In this document: in pieces, positions 28,593 to 38,520 of the stretch
Layout: every line of letters begins with the position of its first letter
Position numbering within the stretch: the stretch's first letter is position 1
Assembly (NCBI GenBank): GCA_040002495.1
Contig: JBDUEK010000004.1
Coordinates: 29,342 to 93,341 of the forward strand
DNA from: Ferruginibacter sp.
Lineage (GTDB): Bacteria; Bacteroidota; Bacteroidia; Chitinophagales; Chitinophagaceae
Direction of reading: 5' to 3'
DNA length: 64,000 nucleotides
Made by a program: the position numbers and the translations under genes
The notes under the pieces: model-generated
What the model saw: the letters and a program-made list of their open reading frames with translations, nothing else
Told to the model about the DNA's origin: nothing
The model's database searches: none

Positions 28593-29453
28593 ATGAAAAA
28601 ATGCATCCTTACCGCTTTTGTTATATTTTCTCTGTTCACCTCTTCGGTTTTTGCACAAGATGTTTATGAACAACAAGGTGAATTTGGATTCACCGTTGGG
28701 GCCGCACACTATTTTGGCGACCTTAATACCAGGGCAGGTCTTAACCGTCCCAAACCCGCAGTGGGCATTTTTTATACAAAGCAGTTTAATAACTACCTAG
28801 GTGTACGCATAAGCGCTCATTTTGCCCAGTTAGGCTACAGTGATATTTACAGCAAAAACGCTTACCAAAAAAGCAGGAACCTAAGTTTCAATACAGATAT
28901 TTTTGAAGTAGCTGCACAAGGTGAATTTAACTTTTTTAAGTTTGTTGCAGGCGATCCTTATTACAATTTTACGCCATTTGTAACGCTGGGTGTTGGCTTG
29001 TTTAGTTTTAACCCATATGCTTATCTTAATAATAAAAAAGTTTACTTAAGGCCGCTTGGTACAGAGGGGCAAAACATACCATACAACGATCCGGCAACTG
29101 GTAAAACCCGCAAGCCTTATGGTAGCATGGCCGTTTGTTTTCCTATTGGAGCCGGTATTAAATACAATTTTTCAAATAATGTGAATCTTTCTTTTCAGAT
29201 TACACATCGCCTTACAATGACAGATTACCTGGATGATGTAAGTACTACCTATGTGGGAATTGGTAATTTTCCACCGTTGAATGGCCAGGCTTCTACTGCC
29301 GGCATATTACAGGATCGTAGTTTTGAATTGGGTACACCAATAGGTGTGGAAGGACGCCAACGTGGGTTTAGCAAACAGAAAGATCAATATATAATTGCGG
29401 AAGTTGGTATTTCATTCAGTATCAGCACTTACAAATGTCCATCAGCTAATTAA
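28593..29453 (+). CDS. porG: DUF6089 / PorG-like outer-membrane beta-barrel (T9SS-associated)
   Basis: Signal peptide, YFGDLN, RNLSF, TDYLDDVS motifs; position directly upstream of uppS-bamA-skp as in other Bacteroidota. Confidence 0.65.
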   Translation: MKKCILTAFVIFSLFTSSVFAQDVYEQQGEFGFTVGAAHYFGDLNTRAGLNRPKPAVGIFYTKQFNNYLGVRISAHFAQLGYSDIYSKNAYQKSRNLSFNTDIFEVAAQGEFNFFKFVAGDPYYNFTPFVTLGVGLFSFNPYAYLNNKKVYLRPLGTEGQNIPYNDPATGKTRKPYGSMAVCFPIGAGIKYNFSNNVNLSFQITHRLTMTDYLDDVSTTYVGIGNFPPLNGQASTAGILQDRSFELGTPIGVEGRQRGFSKQKDQYIIAEVGISFSISTYKCPSAN

Positions 29454-29737
29454 TGATTTCGTTTAATTAAATATTCGTTGGTCGCTTTTCGGAAATAAGT
29501 TCAATTTTCAGCAACCCATAAGACATCTACAAACCAGCATCCAAAACCTCTCAAAAATTAAGTTTCGGTTACTGATGAGGCATTTGTTCATCAACCCTTT
29601 TTTCAAGGTTGAAGCAAAGCCATGATTATAGTCATTTGTTGAGCAGTAACATTTTGGCAAAATGCTTATTCCAACTAATTTTTATTACTTTTGCCCCCCA
29701 AAGTTAGGTCCACCCTGACTAATAATTTTCACTTAGT

Positions 29738-30493
29738 ATGAGTTTAAAGGATAGTATCAACAAGGAAAGGCTTCCCCGCCATATCGCCATTATTATGGAT
29801 GGTAACGGAAGGTGGGCCCAGGAAAGAGGAGAAGATCGCCTTTTTGGACATTTACACGGAGTGGAAAGTGTAAGAAATATAGTTGAAGGAGCAGCAGAAC
29901 TAGGTATTGAATACCTTACGTTATATGCCTTTAGTACCGAAAACTGGGATCGGCCGGCGGATGAAGTAACCGGTTTGATGGAATTATTAGTTGATACAAT
30001 TCGTAACGAGGTTCCCACACTGAATAAAAACAACATTAGGTTACATGTAATTGGCGATATGGAAATGTTGCCAGAATCGGCACGTCATGAACTGAATGAA
30101 GCACTGAAGGAAACATCTGTAAATACCGGTCTTAACCTTGTTATGGCACTAAGTTATAGCAGTCGCTGGGAAATATTGAATGCAGTAAAGAAAATAGCTG
30201 TTGATGTAAAAGCAGGTAAACTGGAAGGTGAAAATATTAACCAGGAAACAATTCAAAGTTATTTATGTACAGCCGGTTTTCCTGACCCTGAATTGATGGT
30301 ACGCACCAGCGGGGAATACAGGATTAGTAATTTTTTACTTTACCAGTTGGCCTATTCTGAATTGTATTTCACAAACACAAGGTGGCCGGATTTTAGGAAA
30401 GAAAACCTTTATGAAGCAATCATAGATTTCCAAAACAGGGAGAGAAGATTTGGAAAGACGGGTCAACAAATTAATGAAGAGATAAAAGGCTAG
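29738..30493 (+). CDS. uppS: Undecaprenyl diphosphate synthase (isoprenyl transferase)
   Basis: IIMDGNGRWA, YAFSTENW.RP, RTSGEYRISNFLLYQ. Confidence 0.97.
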   Translation: MSLKDSINKERLPRHIAIIMDGNGRWAQERGEDRLFGHLHGVESVRNIVEGAAELGIEYLTLYAFSTENWDRPADEVTGLMELLVDTIRNEVPTLNKNNIRLHVIGDMEMLPESARHELNEALKETSVNTGLNLVMALSYSSRWEILNAVKKIAVDVKAGKLEGENINQETIQSYLCTAGFPDPELMVRTSGEYRISNFLLYQLAYSELYFTNTRWPDFRKENLYEAIIDFQNRERRFGKTGQQINEEIKG

Positions 30494-30708
30494 CTTATTA
30501 CCAGGGAATTAAAATCCTGGAACTTTGTATGCAGTATATATAAAAAAGTAAGAAAAAAAACGTTAAGCACGGAGCTTAAAATAAACCGCAATTTATCTGC
30601 TCTATCATGCATGACTACTGAAAAGTAAGCTTGTTTAAGGGAATGGATTGTTTAACAAATAGTTTTAATTATAGCAAGTAAATTGCCATTCGTAAAAAAA
30701 ACCAATTA

Positions 30709-33435
30709 ATGCAGAGGATTTACCCGAATTTGTTATTGATAATTATCGCAGTTTTCATTTCACAATTCGCATTTAGCCAAAACGACACCCTTCCAGTTTC
30801 TGTAAACCCTGAGTTAATGGGAATCTTCGAAGCCAAAACTCCCAAACAATATACTATAGCTGGTATAACCGTAACAGGGACAAAAGCTTTTGATCAAAAT
30901 TTAATCATCTCTATTTCCGGATTGGCCGTTGGTGATAAAGTTACCATTCCAGGCACGGATGTTTTTAGTAAGGCCATCAGCAAACTTTGGAAACAAAATC
31001 TGGTAGTAAATATTGAGATCTATCTAACCAAACTGGTAGGGAAAGATCTTTATGTTGAACTTGCCATTACAGAACGGCCCCGGTTAGCAGATTTTAAATT
31101 TACAGGAATTAAAAAAGGTGAGAAGGATGATCTTGAAACAAAAATGGGATTATCGAAAGACAGGGTGATTACCGATAACATGAAGATTAGTGCCATTGAA
31201 GCCATTCATAAATTTTATGCAGATAAAGGGTTTGGTAATGTAAAAGTGGACGTAAAAGAACAACCTGCTCCTAATTTATTAAATGCTGAAATACTAATTT
31301 TCAATATCACAAAGGGTAACAAAGTAAAAGTAAACTCTATCAATTTTGCCAATAATGAAAATATTGGTGATCTGAAATTGAAAAAGCAAATGAAGGGAAC
31401 AAAGGAAACTTCAAGGTTTACATTGTATCCCCCTCCTATGACAAGCCCTTATGGAGATTCAGCTCAAAAAATAGATTTTAGTCAATACCTGCGTGAAATG
31501 GATTACCTCTCTATCACCAAAACCAAGGAATTTATCGACCCCTACTTTCGTTTTAAATTATTTAGCTCGTCAAAATTCAATGCTCAAAAATATAGTGAAG
31601 ACAAAGAAAGCCTGTTGGATTATTACAATTCACAAGGATTTAGAGATGCTGTAATTGTAGCTGATACAGCTATTACCAATTCAAAGGGAAATCTGGATCT
31701 TCATATTAAAATGAATGAGGGTAGAAAATATTATTTTGGTAATATAGTTTGGCGTGGACCTACCAAATACACGGATTCTATTTTAAATGTTATTCTCGGC
31801 ATTAAGAAAGGCGATATATATAACATGGAAATTTTGAACAAACGATTGGGTAAAATACCTTCTGCAGAAGGTGGCGATATCCAAAGTTTGTATATGGATG
31901 ATGGTTACCTTTTCTTTAGAGTAGATCCTGTAGAAACAGCCGTATATAATGACACCATCGATTTTGAAATCCGCATGCAGGAAGGGCCTCAGGCAACCAT
32001 CGGCAAAATTGAAATCAGTGGTAACGATAAAACAAAAGATTATGTTATCCGTCGTGAATTGAGAACTATTCCAGGCGAAAAATTCAGCCGTGCTGACTTA
32101 ATACGTACACAAAGGGAACTTGGTCAATTGGGCTTCTTTAACCCGGAAAAGACCAATCCTAACGTAGTACCAAATTCAGAAGATGGAACAGTGGATATTA
32201 CCTGGCAGGTGGAAGAAAAATCAAATGACCAGTTGGAATTGTCTGCTGGTTTTGGAGGCGGTATTGGTTTAACAGGTACGTTGGGTATTACCTTTAATAA
32301 TTTTAGTATTAATAATATTTTCAATAAAAAAACCTGGGATCCTTTACCATCAGGTAGTGGTCAAAAATTGAGTGCCAGGATACAATCCAATGGTCGTGCG
32401 TTCCGTACTTATAATTTCTCCTTTACTGAACCATGGTTAGGCGGTAAGAAAAGAAATTCCTTTACTGTTAGTTTTTACAATACCAAACAGGCCAATGCTT
32501 ACAACCAGTATGGCCAGTATTGCAGAACATGTGGTGATACATCCAACATACGCACATTAGGCCTTGGAATATCATTAGGAAAACAATTGAAATGGCCGGA
32601 TGATTATTTCTCAATGATTTATTCTTTCAACATACAACAGTATCGTTTAAAGAACTACCCGAATATATTTAAAGGTATCAGCGATGGTACTTCTACCAAT
32701 ATCAGTTTAAGATTGGCAATTGCCCGTAATTCTACCCAGGGTAATCCTGTTTTCCCAACAGGTGGTTCCAATTTCTTATTGAGCGGCCAGTTTACATTGC
32801 CTTATACTGCATTGGGAATCACCAAACCTGGTGATAACCCTTATAAATTACCCGAGTTTCACAAATGGCGCTTTAATGGAGAATATTATGTTCCTATCGG
32901 AAAGGCCCGTGGAGAAGACAATAACAAACAGTTCATCTTAAAAGCTGCTGCTAAATTTGGCTTTATTGGTAAATACGATAAAAACAAACAGATTTCTCCG
33001 TTTGAGCGTTTTCAATTGGGTGATGCTGGTTTAAATAATAGCTATGCTATTCTTGGTTACGATATCATTGCGCACAGAGGATATCCTGTATATTCAAACA
33101 GCGACCCTAAGGTGAATCCCGAAGACGTAACACCAACTGAGTTTTTTACCATCTTTAATAAATATACCTTAGAATTACGCTATCCATTTAGTACTAATCC
33201 TTCCAGCACCATTTATGGACTGGCATTTTTCGAAGCGGCCAATGGATGGTATAAATTCAAGGATTACAATCCCTTTAAATTGCGTCGTTCTGCAGGTGTG
33301 GGAATGCGCTTCTTTTTACCAATGTTTGGATTACTTGGATTTGATTATGGTATTGGATTTGACAGGATAAAAGCCGGGGAGCCTATTAAAAGTGCATACA
33401 AGTTTACCTTTATGCTAGGTCAGGAACCTGAATAG
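30709..33435 (+). CDS. bamA: Outer membrane protein assembly factor BamA
   Basis: Multiple POTRA domains, GN.KTKDYVIRREL, C-terminal barrel ending F.LGQ; uppS-bamA-skp context. Confidence 0.93.
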   Translation: MQRIYPNLLLIIIAVFISQFAFSQNDTLPVSVNPELMGIFEAKTPKQYTIAGITVTGTKAFDQNLIISISGLAVGDKVTIPGTDVFSKAISKLWKQNLVVNIEIYLTKLVGKDLYVELAITERPRLADFKFTGIKKGEKDDLETKMGLSKDRVITDNMKISAIEAIHKFYADKGFGNVKVDVKEQPAPNLLNAEILIFNITKGNKVKVNSINFANNENIGDLKLKKQMKGTKETSRFTLYPPPMTSPYGDSAQKIDFSQYLREMDYLSITKTKEFIDPYFRFKLFSSSKFNAQKYSEDKESLLDYYNSQGFRDAVIVADTAITNSKGNLDLHIKMNEGRKYYFGNIVWRGPTKYTDSILNVILGIKKGDIYNMEILNKRLGKIPSAEGGDIQSLYMDDGYLFFRVDPVETAVYNDTIDFEIRMQEGPQATIGKIEISGNDKTKDYVIRRELRTIPGEKFSRADLIRTQRELGQLGFFNPEKTNPNVVPNSEDGTVDITWQVEEKSNDQLELSAGFGGGIGLTGTLGITFNNFSINNIFNKKTWDPLPSGSGQKLSARIQSNGRAFRTYNFSFTEPWLGGKKRNSFTVSFYNTKQANAYNQYGQYCRTCGDTSNIRTLGLGISLGKQLKWPDDYFSMIYSFNIQQYRLKNYPNIFKGISDGTSTNISLRLAIARNSTQGNPVFPTGGSNFLLSGQFTLPYTALGITKPGDNPYKLPEFHKWRFNGEYYVPIGKARGEDNNKQFILKAAAKFGFIGKYDKNKQISPFERFQLGDAGLNNSYAILGYDIIAHRGYPVYSNSDPKVNPEDVTPTEFFTIFNKYTLELRYPFSTNPSSTIYGLAFFEAANGWYKFKDYNPFKLRRSAGVGMRFFLPMFGLLGFDYGIGFDRIKAGEPIKSAYKFTFMLGQEPE

Positions 33436-33480
33436 TTTAACTACCATCATTTTTAATTGTGAAATCTTAAAAATTGCCAG

Positions 33481-33993
33481 ATGAAAAAAACATTATTTAT
33501 TCTTTGTCTATTTATTTCAGTTGCATTTACTTCCAATGCACAGCGGTATGCAATAATTGATTCAAGGTATATTTTAGAAAAATTGCCAGAATACAAGGAA
33601 TCTCAAACCAAGTTGGATCAGTTTAGTACCCAGTGGCAGCAGGAAATAGAAAAAAAGCAGGCCGATTTGGACAGAATGTATAAAGATTATGATGCTGAGC
33701 AGGTTATGCTTACAGATGTTTTAAAAAAGAAAAGGCAGGATGAATTATACAATCGTGAAAAAGAAGTAAGAGACCTGCAAAAAAGACGTTTTGGATTTGA
33801 AGGCGACCTGTTTAGAAAAAGGCAGGAATTGATAAAACCTATACAGGACAGGGTTTATATTGCCATACAAAAACTAGCAGTTGAAAGATCTTATGATTTT
33901 ATTTTGGATAAAAGTGAAGGAATTACTGTTATATTTGCCGACCCAAAACTTGACAGAAGCGATGATGTCCTGAAGTATTTGGGTGTTAAATAA
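33481..33993 (+). CDS. skp: Skp/OmpH periplasmic chaperone (copy 1)
   Basis: Signal peptide, long coiled coil, LIKPIQD, YDFILDK. Confidence 0.9.
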   Translation: MKKTLFILCLFISVAFTSNAQRYAIIDSRYILEKLPEYKESQTKLDQFSTQWQQEIEKKQADLDRMYKDYDAEQVMLTDVLKKKRQDELYNREKEVRDLQKRRFGFEGDLFRKRQELIKPIQDRVYIAIQKLAVERSYDFILDKSEGITVIFADPKLDRSDDVLKYLGVK

Positions 33994-34068
33994 ATCACAA
34001 ACGAAAATTATTACGCAGCTATTTCTTAAAAAAAACAAACTATAACAAGTAAACATTTAAAAGCAACA

Positions 34069-34611
34069 ATGAAAAATTTAATCGTAGCATTAGTGTTGGG
34101 AATTTCAATTTTTGGATTATCCGGTACAACTTTAGCGCAAAACAAAATCGGATATATTAGCACAGAAGAATTGATAGGCGCTATGCCTGAAGCTGAGAAA
34201 GCAAATTCAGAATTACAGGAATACCAAACAGCCTTACAACAACAATATTCGTCATATTTAGGCGAGTTAAATGAACTGGATAGCTTATTTGCAAGAGACT
34301 CTGCAAAAATGAACAAAGCGACTAAAGAATTAAAAAGAACTGATATGATTGCTTTGTATCAAAAAATTCAGGGATGGCAGCAAACCAGCCAGCAAAAAAT
34401 TGGAGAAAAACAACAGGAATTATTAGCTCCAATTCAAAAAAAGGCATTGGATAATATTAAATTGGTTGCAAAAGAAAATGGTTACGCTTATATTCTTGAA
34501 GCCGGTACTTTATTGGTTGCTCCACCTGCTGATGATGTGTTAGCATTGGTTAAAAAGAAATTGGGTATTAAAGATCCCGTACCGGCTGCTAAGCCTGCTG
34601 CAGGAAAATAA
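34069..34611 (+). CDS. skp: Skp/OmpH periplasmic chaperone (copy 2)
   Basis: KIGYI, coiled coil, LLAPI, VAKENGYAYIL. Confidence 0.9.
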   Translation: MKNLIVALVLGISIFGLSGTTLAQNKIGYISTEELIGAMPEAEKANSELQEYQTALQQQYSSYLGELNELDSLFARDSAKMNKATKELKRTDMIALYQKIQGWQQTSQQKIGEKQQELLAPIQKKALDNIKLVAKENGYAYILEAGTLLVAPPADDVLALVKKKLGIKDPVPAAKPAAGK

Positions 34612-34636
34612 TTACTCCGTCAGATAATATTATCAG

Positions 34637-34664
34637 AAGCCATCTCATAAACGGGATGGCTTTT
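34637..34664 (+). terminator. Intrinsic terminator after the skp pair
   Basis: AAGCCATC / GATGGCTT stem with T tail. Confidence 0.65.
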
Positions 34665-34678
34665 GTAATTTTGATATT

Positions 34679-35500
34679 ATGGGTAAAGGACCAATTGGTG
34701 TTTTTGATAGCGGCTATGGCGGACTAACAGTTTTAAAAGAAATCACCGCAAAGCTTCCGCAATACGACTATATTTATTTGGGCGACAATGCCCGTGCCCC
34801 CTACGGTCCCAGAAGTTTTGATACTGTATACCATTACACACTCCAATGTGTAAAATGGTTTTTTAGCCAGGGTTGCCCATTAGTTATACTGGCCTGTAAT
34901 ACAGCATCCGCAAAAGCATTACGTACTATTCAACAAAATGACCTTGCGGGTATTGACCCGGAAAAAAGGGTGCTAGGGGTTATAAGGCCAACCACAGAAA
35001 TCATTGGAAATTTTACCAGGAAAAATAAAGTGGGTATACTGGGAACATCAGGTACGGTCCAGTCTAATTCCTATCCAATAGAAATAGCAAAATTTTTTCC
35101 ATCTGTTACAGTTTACCAGGAAGCATGCCCTATGTGGGTTCCACTGGTAGAGAATAATGAATATAATTCGGAGGGTGCGGATTATTTTATAGAAAAGCAT
35201 ATCAATAACCTGTTAACTAACTCAACCGACATTGATACCGTTTTATTAGCCTGTACACATTATCCATTACTCATAAACAAGATAAAAAAATATCTACCCG
35301 CAAACACAACGGTGTTGTCACAGGGTGTTATTGTAGCTGACAGTTTGCAGGATTACCTGAATCGACATCCTAAAATTGCCAACAAATGCAGTCAAAACGG
35401 AAATCTTAGCTTTTTTACAACTGATGCTACCGACGATTTTGATGCCAAAGCAGCTATTTTTTATGGGAAGCCCGTAAAATCCACCCATCTGGCTCTTTAA
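34679..35500 (+). CDS. murI: Glutamate racemase
   Basis: IGVFDSGYGGLTV, GDNARAPYG, ACNTAS, ACTHYP. Confidence 0.97.
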   Translation: MGKGPIGVFDSGYGGLTVLKEITAKLPQYDYIYLGDNARAPYGPRSFDTVYHYTLQCVKWFFSQGCPLVILACNTASAKALRTIQQNDLAGIDPEKRVLGVIRPTTEIIGNFTRKNKVGILGTSGTVQSNSYPIEIAKFFPSVTVYQEACPMWVPLVENNEYNSEGADYFIEKHINNLLTNSTDIDTVLLACTHYPLLINKIKKYLPANTTVLSQGVIVADSLQDYLNRHPKIANKCSQNGNLSFFTTDATDDFDAKAAIFYGKPVKSTHLAL

Positions 35501-35647
35501 TTTTGAATTTTTTAGGTTTTCTCTATGCGTGATTCGTAATAATTTATTACCTTCGCCGTCCTTTCACAAACAGCAGGGATGGTGCCCTGATGGATGTAGA
35601 TTAAAATGTTTCATAAATAATTTTTGTAAAAGGAAAAACTTAATACA

Positions 35648-35815
35648 ATGCCAGGTAAAAAAAGAACTTATCAACCGCATGTCCGTAGAAGAAAACACGT
35701 ACATGGATTTCGTCAACGCATGCAAACAGCTAATGGCCGTAAGGTTTTAGCTAGTCGTCGTAAAAAAGGACGTGCAAAACTGACTGTATCTGACGAGCGT
35801 TTTGGTAAAAAATAG
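35648..35815 (+). CDS. rpmH: 50S ribosomal protein L34
   Basis: Missed by the ORF track (55 aa); hand translation [55 protein letters not shown]; TACCTTCG promoter element at 35548-35555. Confidence 0.97.
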   Translation: MPGKKRTYQPHVRRRKHVHGFRQRMQTANGRKVLASRRKKGRAKLTVSDERFGKK

Positions 35816-35856
35816 AAATAATTAATATCTCCCTCAATTGGGGTATAAATAATAGC

Positions 35857-35880
35857 AGCTCTCCTTTGGGAGGGCTTTTT
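35857..35880 (+). terminator. Terminator-like hairpin between rpmH and rnpA
   Basis: AGCTCTCCT-TT-GGGAGGGCT followed by a T run. Confidence 0.6.
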
Positions 35881-35892
35881 TAATTTTGTATA

Positions 35893-36306
35893 GTGGAGAA
35901 AAATGAACGATACACACTTGGAAAAAATGAACGCCTTAAGAGCCGTAAGGCTATTGACCAGTTATTTAAAGAAGGCAAATCCCTTTCTCTTTTTCCAATA
36001 AGAATTATTTACCAAAAAACGATTCAGCCACAGCATACAACCGGTTTCAATTTACAATCGGGCTTTACCGTTAGTACCAAACATTTCAAAAGAGCCACTG
36101 ATCGTAATCGCACCAGGCGATTGATGAGGGAAGCCTACCGTTTACAAAAAAACGAATTGCAACAAACACTTACTGACAAAGAAATTAAACTGGATGTTTT
36201 TTTTATTTATGTAGGAAAAGAGGTGCCGGATTATGCAATCATATTTGAAAAAATAAAAGTCGCCATTGATAAACTTCAACAATTAGTAATTGCTAAAAAC
36301 AGGTAA
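35893..36306 (+). CDS. rnpA: Ribonuclease P protein component
   Basis: [32 protein letters not shown] (RNR motif). Confidence 0.95.
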   Translation: MEKNERYTLGKNERLKSRKAIDQLFKEGKSLSLFPIRIIYQKTIQPQHTTGFNLQSGFTVSTKHFKRATDRNRTRRLMREAYRLQKNELQQTLTDKEIKLDVFFIYVGKEVPDYAIIFEKIKVAIDKLQQLVIAKNR

Positions 36307-36544
36307 CCCCATATTGCAAAAAATAAAGGAACTGCTAAGCTTCCCTTTTATTGTGCTGATAAGATTATACCAAATAATCATTTCTCCCTGGCTGGGTAAC
36401 CAGTGCCGTTATACACCTACCTGCTCACAATATGGAATTGAGGCACTAAAAAAATACGGACCGATAAAGGGGTTGTGGTTAACTATAAAAAGAATTGCAA
36501 GCTGTAATCCATGGGGGGGGCATGGCCATGATCCGGTTCCATAA
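36290..36544 (+). CDS. yidD: Membrane protein insertion efficiency factor YidD
   Basis: [33 protein letters not shown]. Confidence 0.95.
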   Translation: MLKTGNPILQKIKELLSFPFIVLIRLYQIIISPWLGNQCRYTPTCSQYGIEALKKYGPIKGLWLTIKRIASCNPWGGHGHDPVP

Positions 36545-36617
36545 AAATGCCGGCAACAATCCTTTATATAAGATTGATACCGGCAATAAATATTTCAAAA
36601 TAAATTGCGACCTAAAT

Positions 36618-37220
36618 TTATGCAGCAGCAAAACGCTCTGCAACTTTACTCCAGTTTACTACCTTCCAAAAAGCTGCAAGATAATCCGCACGCTTGTTTT
36701 GATATTTCAGGTAGTATGCATGTTCCCAAACATCACAACCTAAAATTGGCGTTCCTTTTACTTCAGCAACATCCATCAATGGGTTATCCTGGTTTGGTGT
36801 AGATGAAACTTCCAGTTTGCCATCTTTAACTATCAGCCATGCCCAACCGCTTCCAAATCTTGTCATACCTGCTGCAGAAAATTTTTCTTTAAATGCATCA
36901 AAGCTTTCAAACGCTGCTGTAATTGCATCTGCTAATGCACCTGTTGGTTCCCCTCCTGCATCAGGAGCAAGGCTTTCCCAAAAGAATGAATGATTCCAAT
37001 GTCCGCCACCATTATTACGTACAGCCGGGCTTATTGTACCTGCAACTGCTACTAATTCTTCCAATGATTTGCTTTCGTTAGCCGTACCAGCAATTGCTTT
37101 ATTAAGGTTGTCAACATATGCCTGGTGATGCTTACCATGATGAATCTGCATGGTCGTTGTGTCAATATTCGGCTCCAATGCATCATGTGCATATGGGAGC
37201 GCTGGTAATGTAAATGCCAT
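36618..37220 (-). CDS. sodA: Superoxide dismutase, Mn-type signature
   Basis: [28 protein letters not shown]; GGGH plus QD pattern typical of Mn (or cambialistic) SOD. Confidence 0.93.
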   Translation of the reverse strand: MAFTLPALPYAHDALEPNIDTTTMQIHHGKHHQAYVDNLNKAIAGTANESKSLEELVAVAGTISPAVRNNGGGHWNHSFFWESLAPDAGGEPTGALADAITAAFESFDAFKEKFSAAGMTRFGSGWAWLIVKDGKLEVSSTPNQDNPLMDVAEVKGTPILGCDVWEHAYYLKYQNKRADYLAAFWKVVNWSKVAERFAAA

Positions 37221-37379
37221 AGTCTGTTATTTATTGTTTGAAAATTGAATGAAATTATTTTACAAATGTACCTGTGCTAAGTTAAGATGACAAATACAAT
37301 GCCGTTTGGGACTTTGGGAATTAATTATGAAATATTGACATGGTTATTGCTATAGTGTAATCCCTTCCAAAAAAATGAT

Positions 37380-37772
37380 ATGCAAAAACTAATTTTTTCT
37401 TTAACCTTTTCTTTCATACTTGGGCATTGTTTTTCCCAAAATCCTGTCATCAACACAGATACTAGCCTTTCTTTAAAACAGCCCATTTTACCCGAACAAA
37501 ATAAGCAGCAGCAACTTACTTCCAATCCGGAATTATCTATATTTCCTAACCCTGCAAAAAACAAAGTAACATTACAGGTTAAAGGATTTGAGCCCGGAAC
37601 AGCACTTGTAAAAATTTTAGATACAAAAGGAAAAATGATAAGGGAAGACAGTCGCCTGCTTACAAATGGCACTGAGGATATCGTAATGTTTCTGATGATT
37701 CCGCCAGGAATTTATTTTATAATCGTTTCAGAAAAAGGAAAAGTAAGTCGCAAAAAATTAGTGATGTTATAA
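37380..37772 (+). CDS. Very small T9SS type A sorting (CTD) protein
   Basis: Signal peptide, then IFPNPAKNKV...PGIYFI......RKKLV CTD signature. Confidence 0.85.
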   Translation: MQKLIFSLTFSFILGHCFSQNPVINTDTSLSLKQPILPEQNKQQQLTSNPELSIFPNPAKNKVTLQVKGFEPGTALVKILDTKGKMIREDSRLLTNGTEDIVMFLMIPPGIYFIIVSEKGKVSRKKLVML

Positions 37773-37776
37773 AATA

Positions 37777-38214
37777 TCAGCGCTTGCCTTTAAAAAAATC
37801 TTTCATAAGCTGCGCACATTCATCCTGTAGCACTCCCCCGAGTACCATTGTTTTTGGATGAAACGGGGAATTTGCACCTGCTACTTTTTTATATCCGTTC
37901 TTTTCATCTTCAGTACCATAAACAACTGCACCAATTTTACTCCAATACAAAGCGCCACTGCACATAAGACAAGGCTGTACAGTAACAAATAAGGTAGCTT
38001 CCGGCAGGTATTTACTTCCCAGGTAATTGAAGGCGGCTGTTAGCGCAATTATTTCAGCGTGTGCGGTACTATCAGTTAATTTCTCAACCTGGTTATATCC
38101 TCTTGCAATAATACGATCATGCATTACAATGATAGCGCCCACAGGAACTTCATCTTCATCAAAGGCCCGCTTTGCTTCCTGCAATGCCTGTTTCATATAT
38201 TGCTCATGTGACAT
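37777..38214 (-). CDS. tadA: tRNA adenosine deaminase-like nucleoside deaminase
   Basis: EVPVGA, HAE, PCLMC zinc motif. Confidence 0.85.
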   Translation of the reverse strand: MSHEQYMKQALQEAKRAFDEDEVPVGAIIVMHDRIIARGYNQVEKLTDSTAHAEIIALTAAFNYLGSKYLPEATLFVTVQPCLMCSGALYWSKIGAVVYGTEDEKNGYKKVAGANSPFHPKTMVLGGVLQDECAQLMKDFFKGKR

Positions 38215-38520
38215 AATAATTGGTTTAGCTATCTTGCTGCAAATTTAGCTCGATGGCCGATATGATGCATCTTTCCAAATAAGCCAAACTGCTGAAACCG
38301 GTTAATTCAAATTTTTTCATTCAGAAAATAACACTTAATCAAATTCTAAAGAATACCATTATCAAATATCAAATGATTGATGGAAAGTATTTTTGTATAC
38401 CTTAAAAAACTAAACGAAATAGTGACCCCAAGTTAAACAACGTCATAAAAACCCACCGTTTAAACAGGAGCACAAATTAATTAAATGGATAGCTAACAAA
38501 ATCAACTTGTAAAACTTGTT

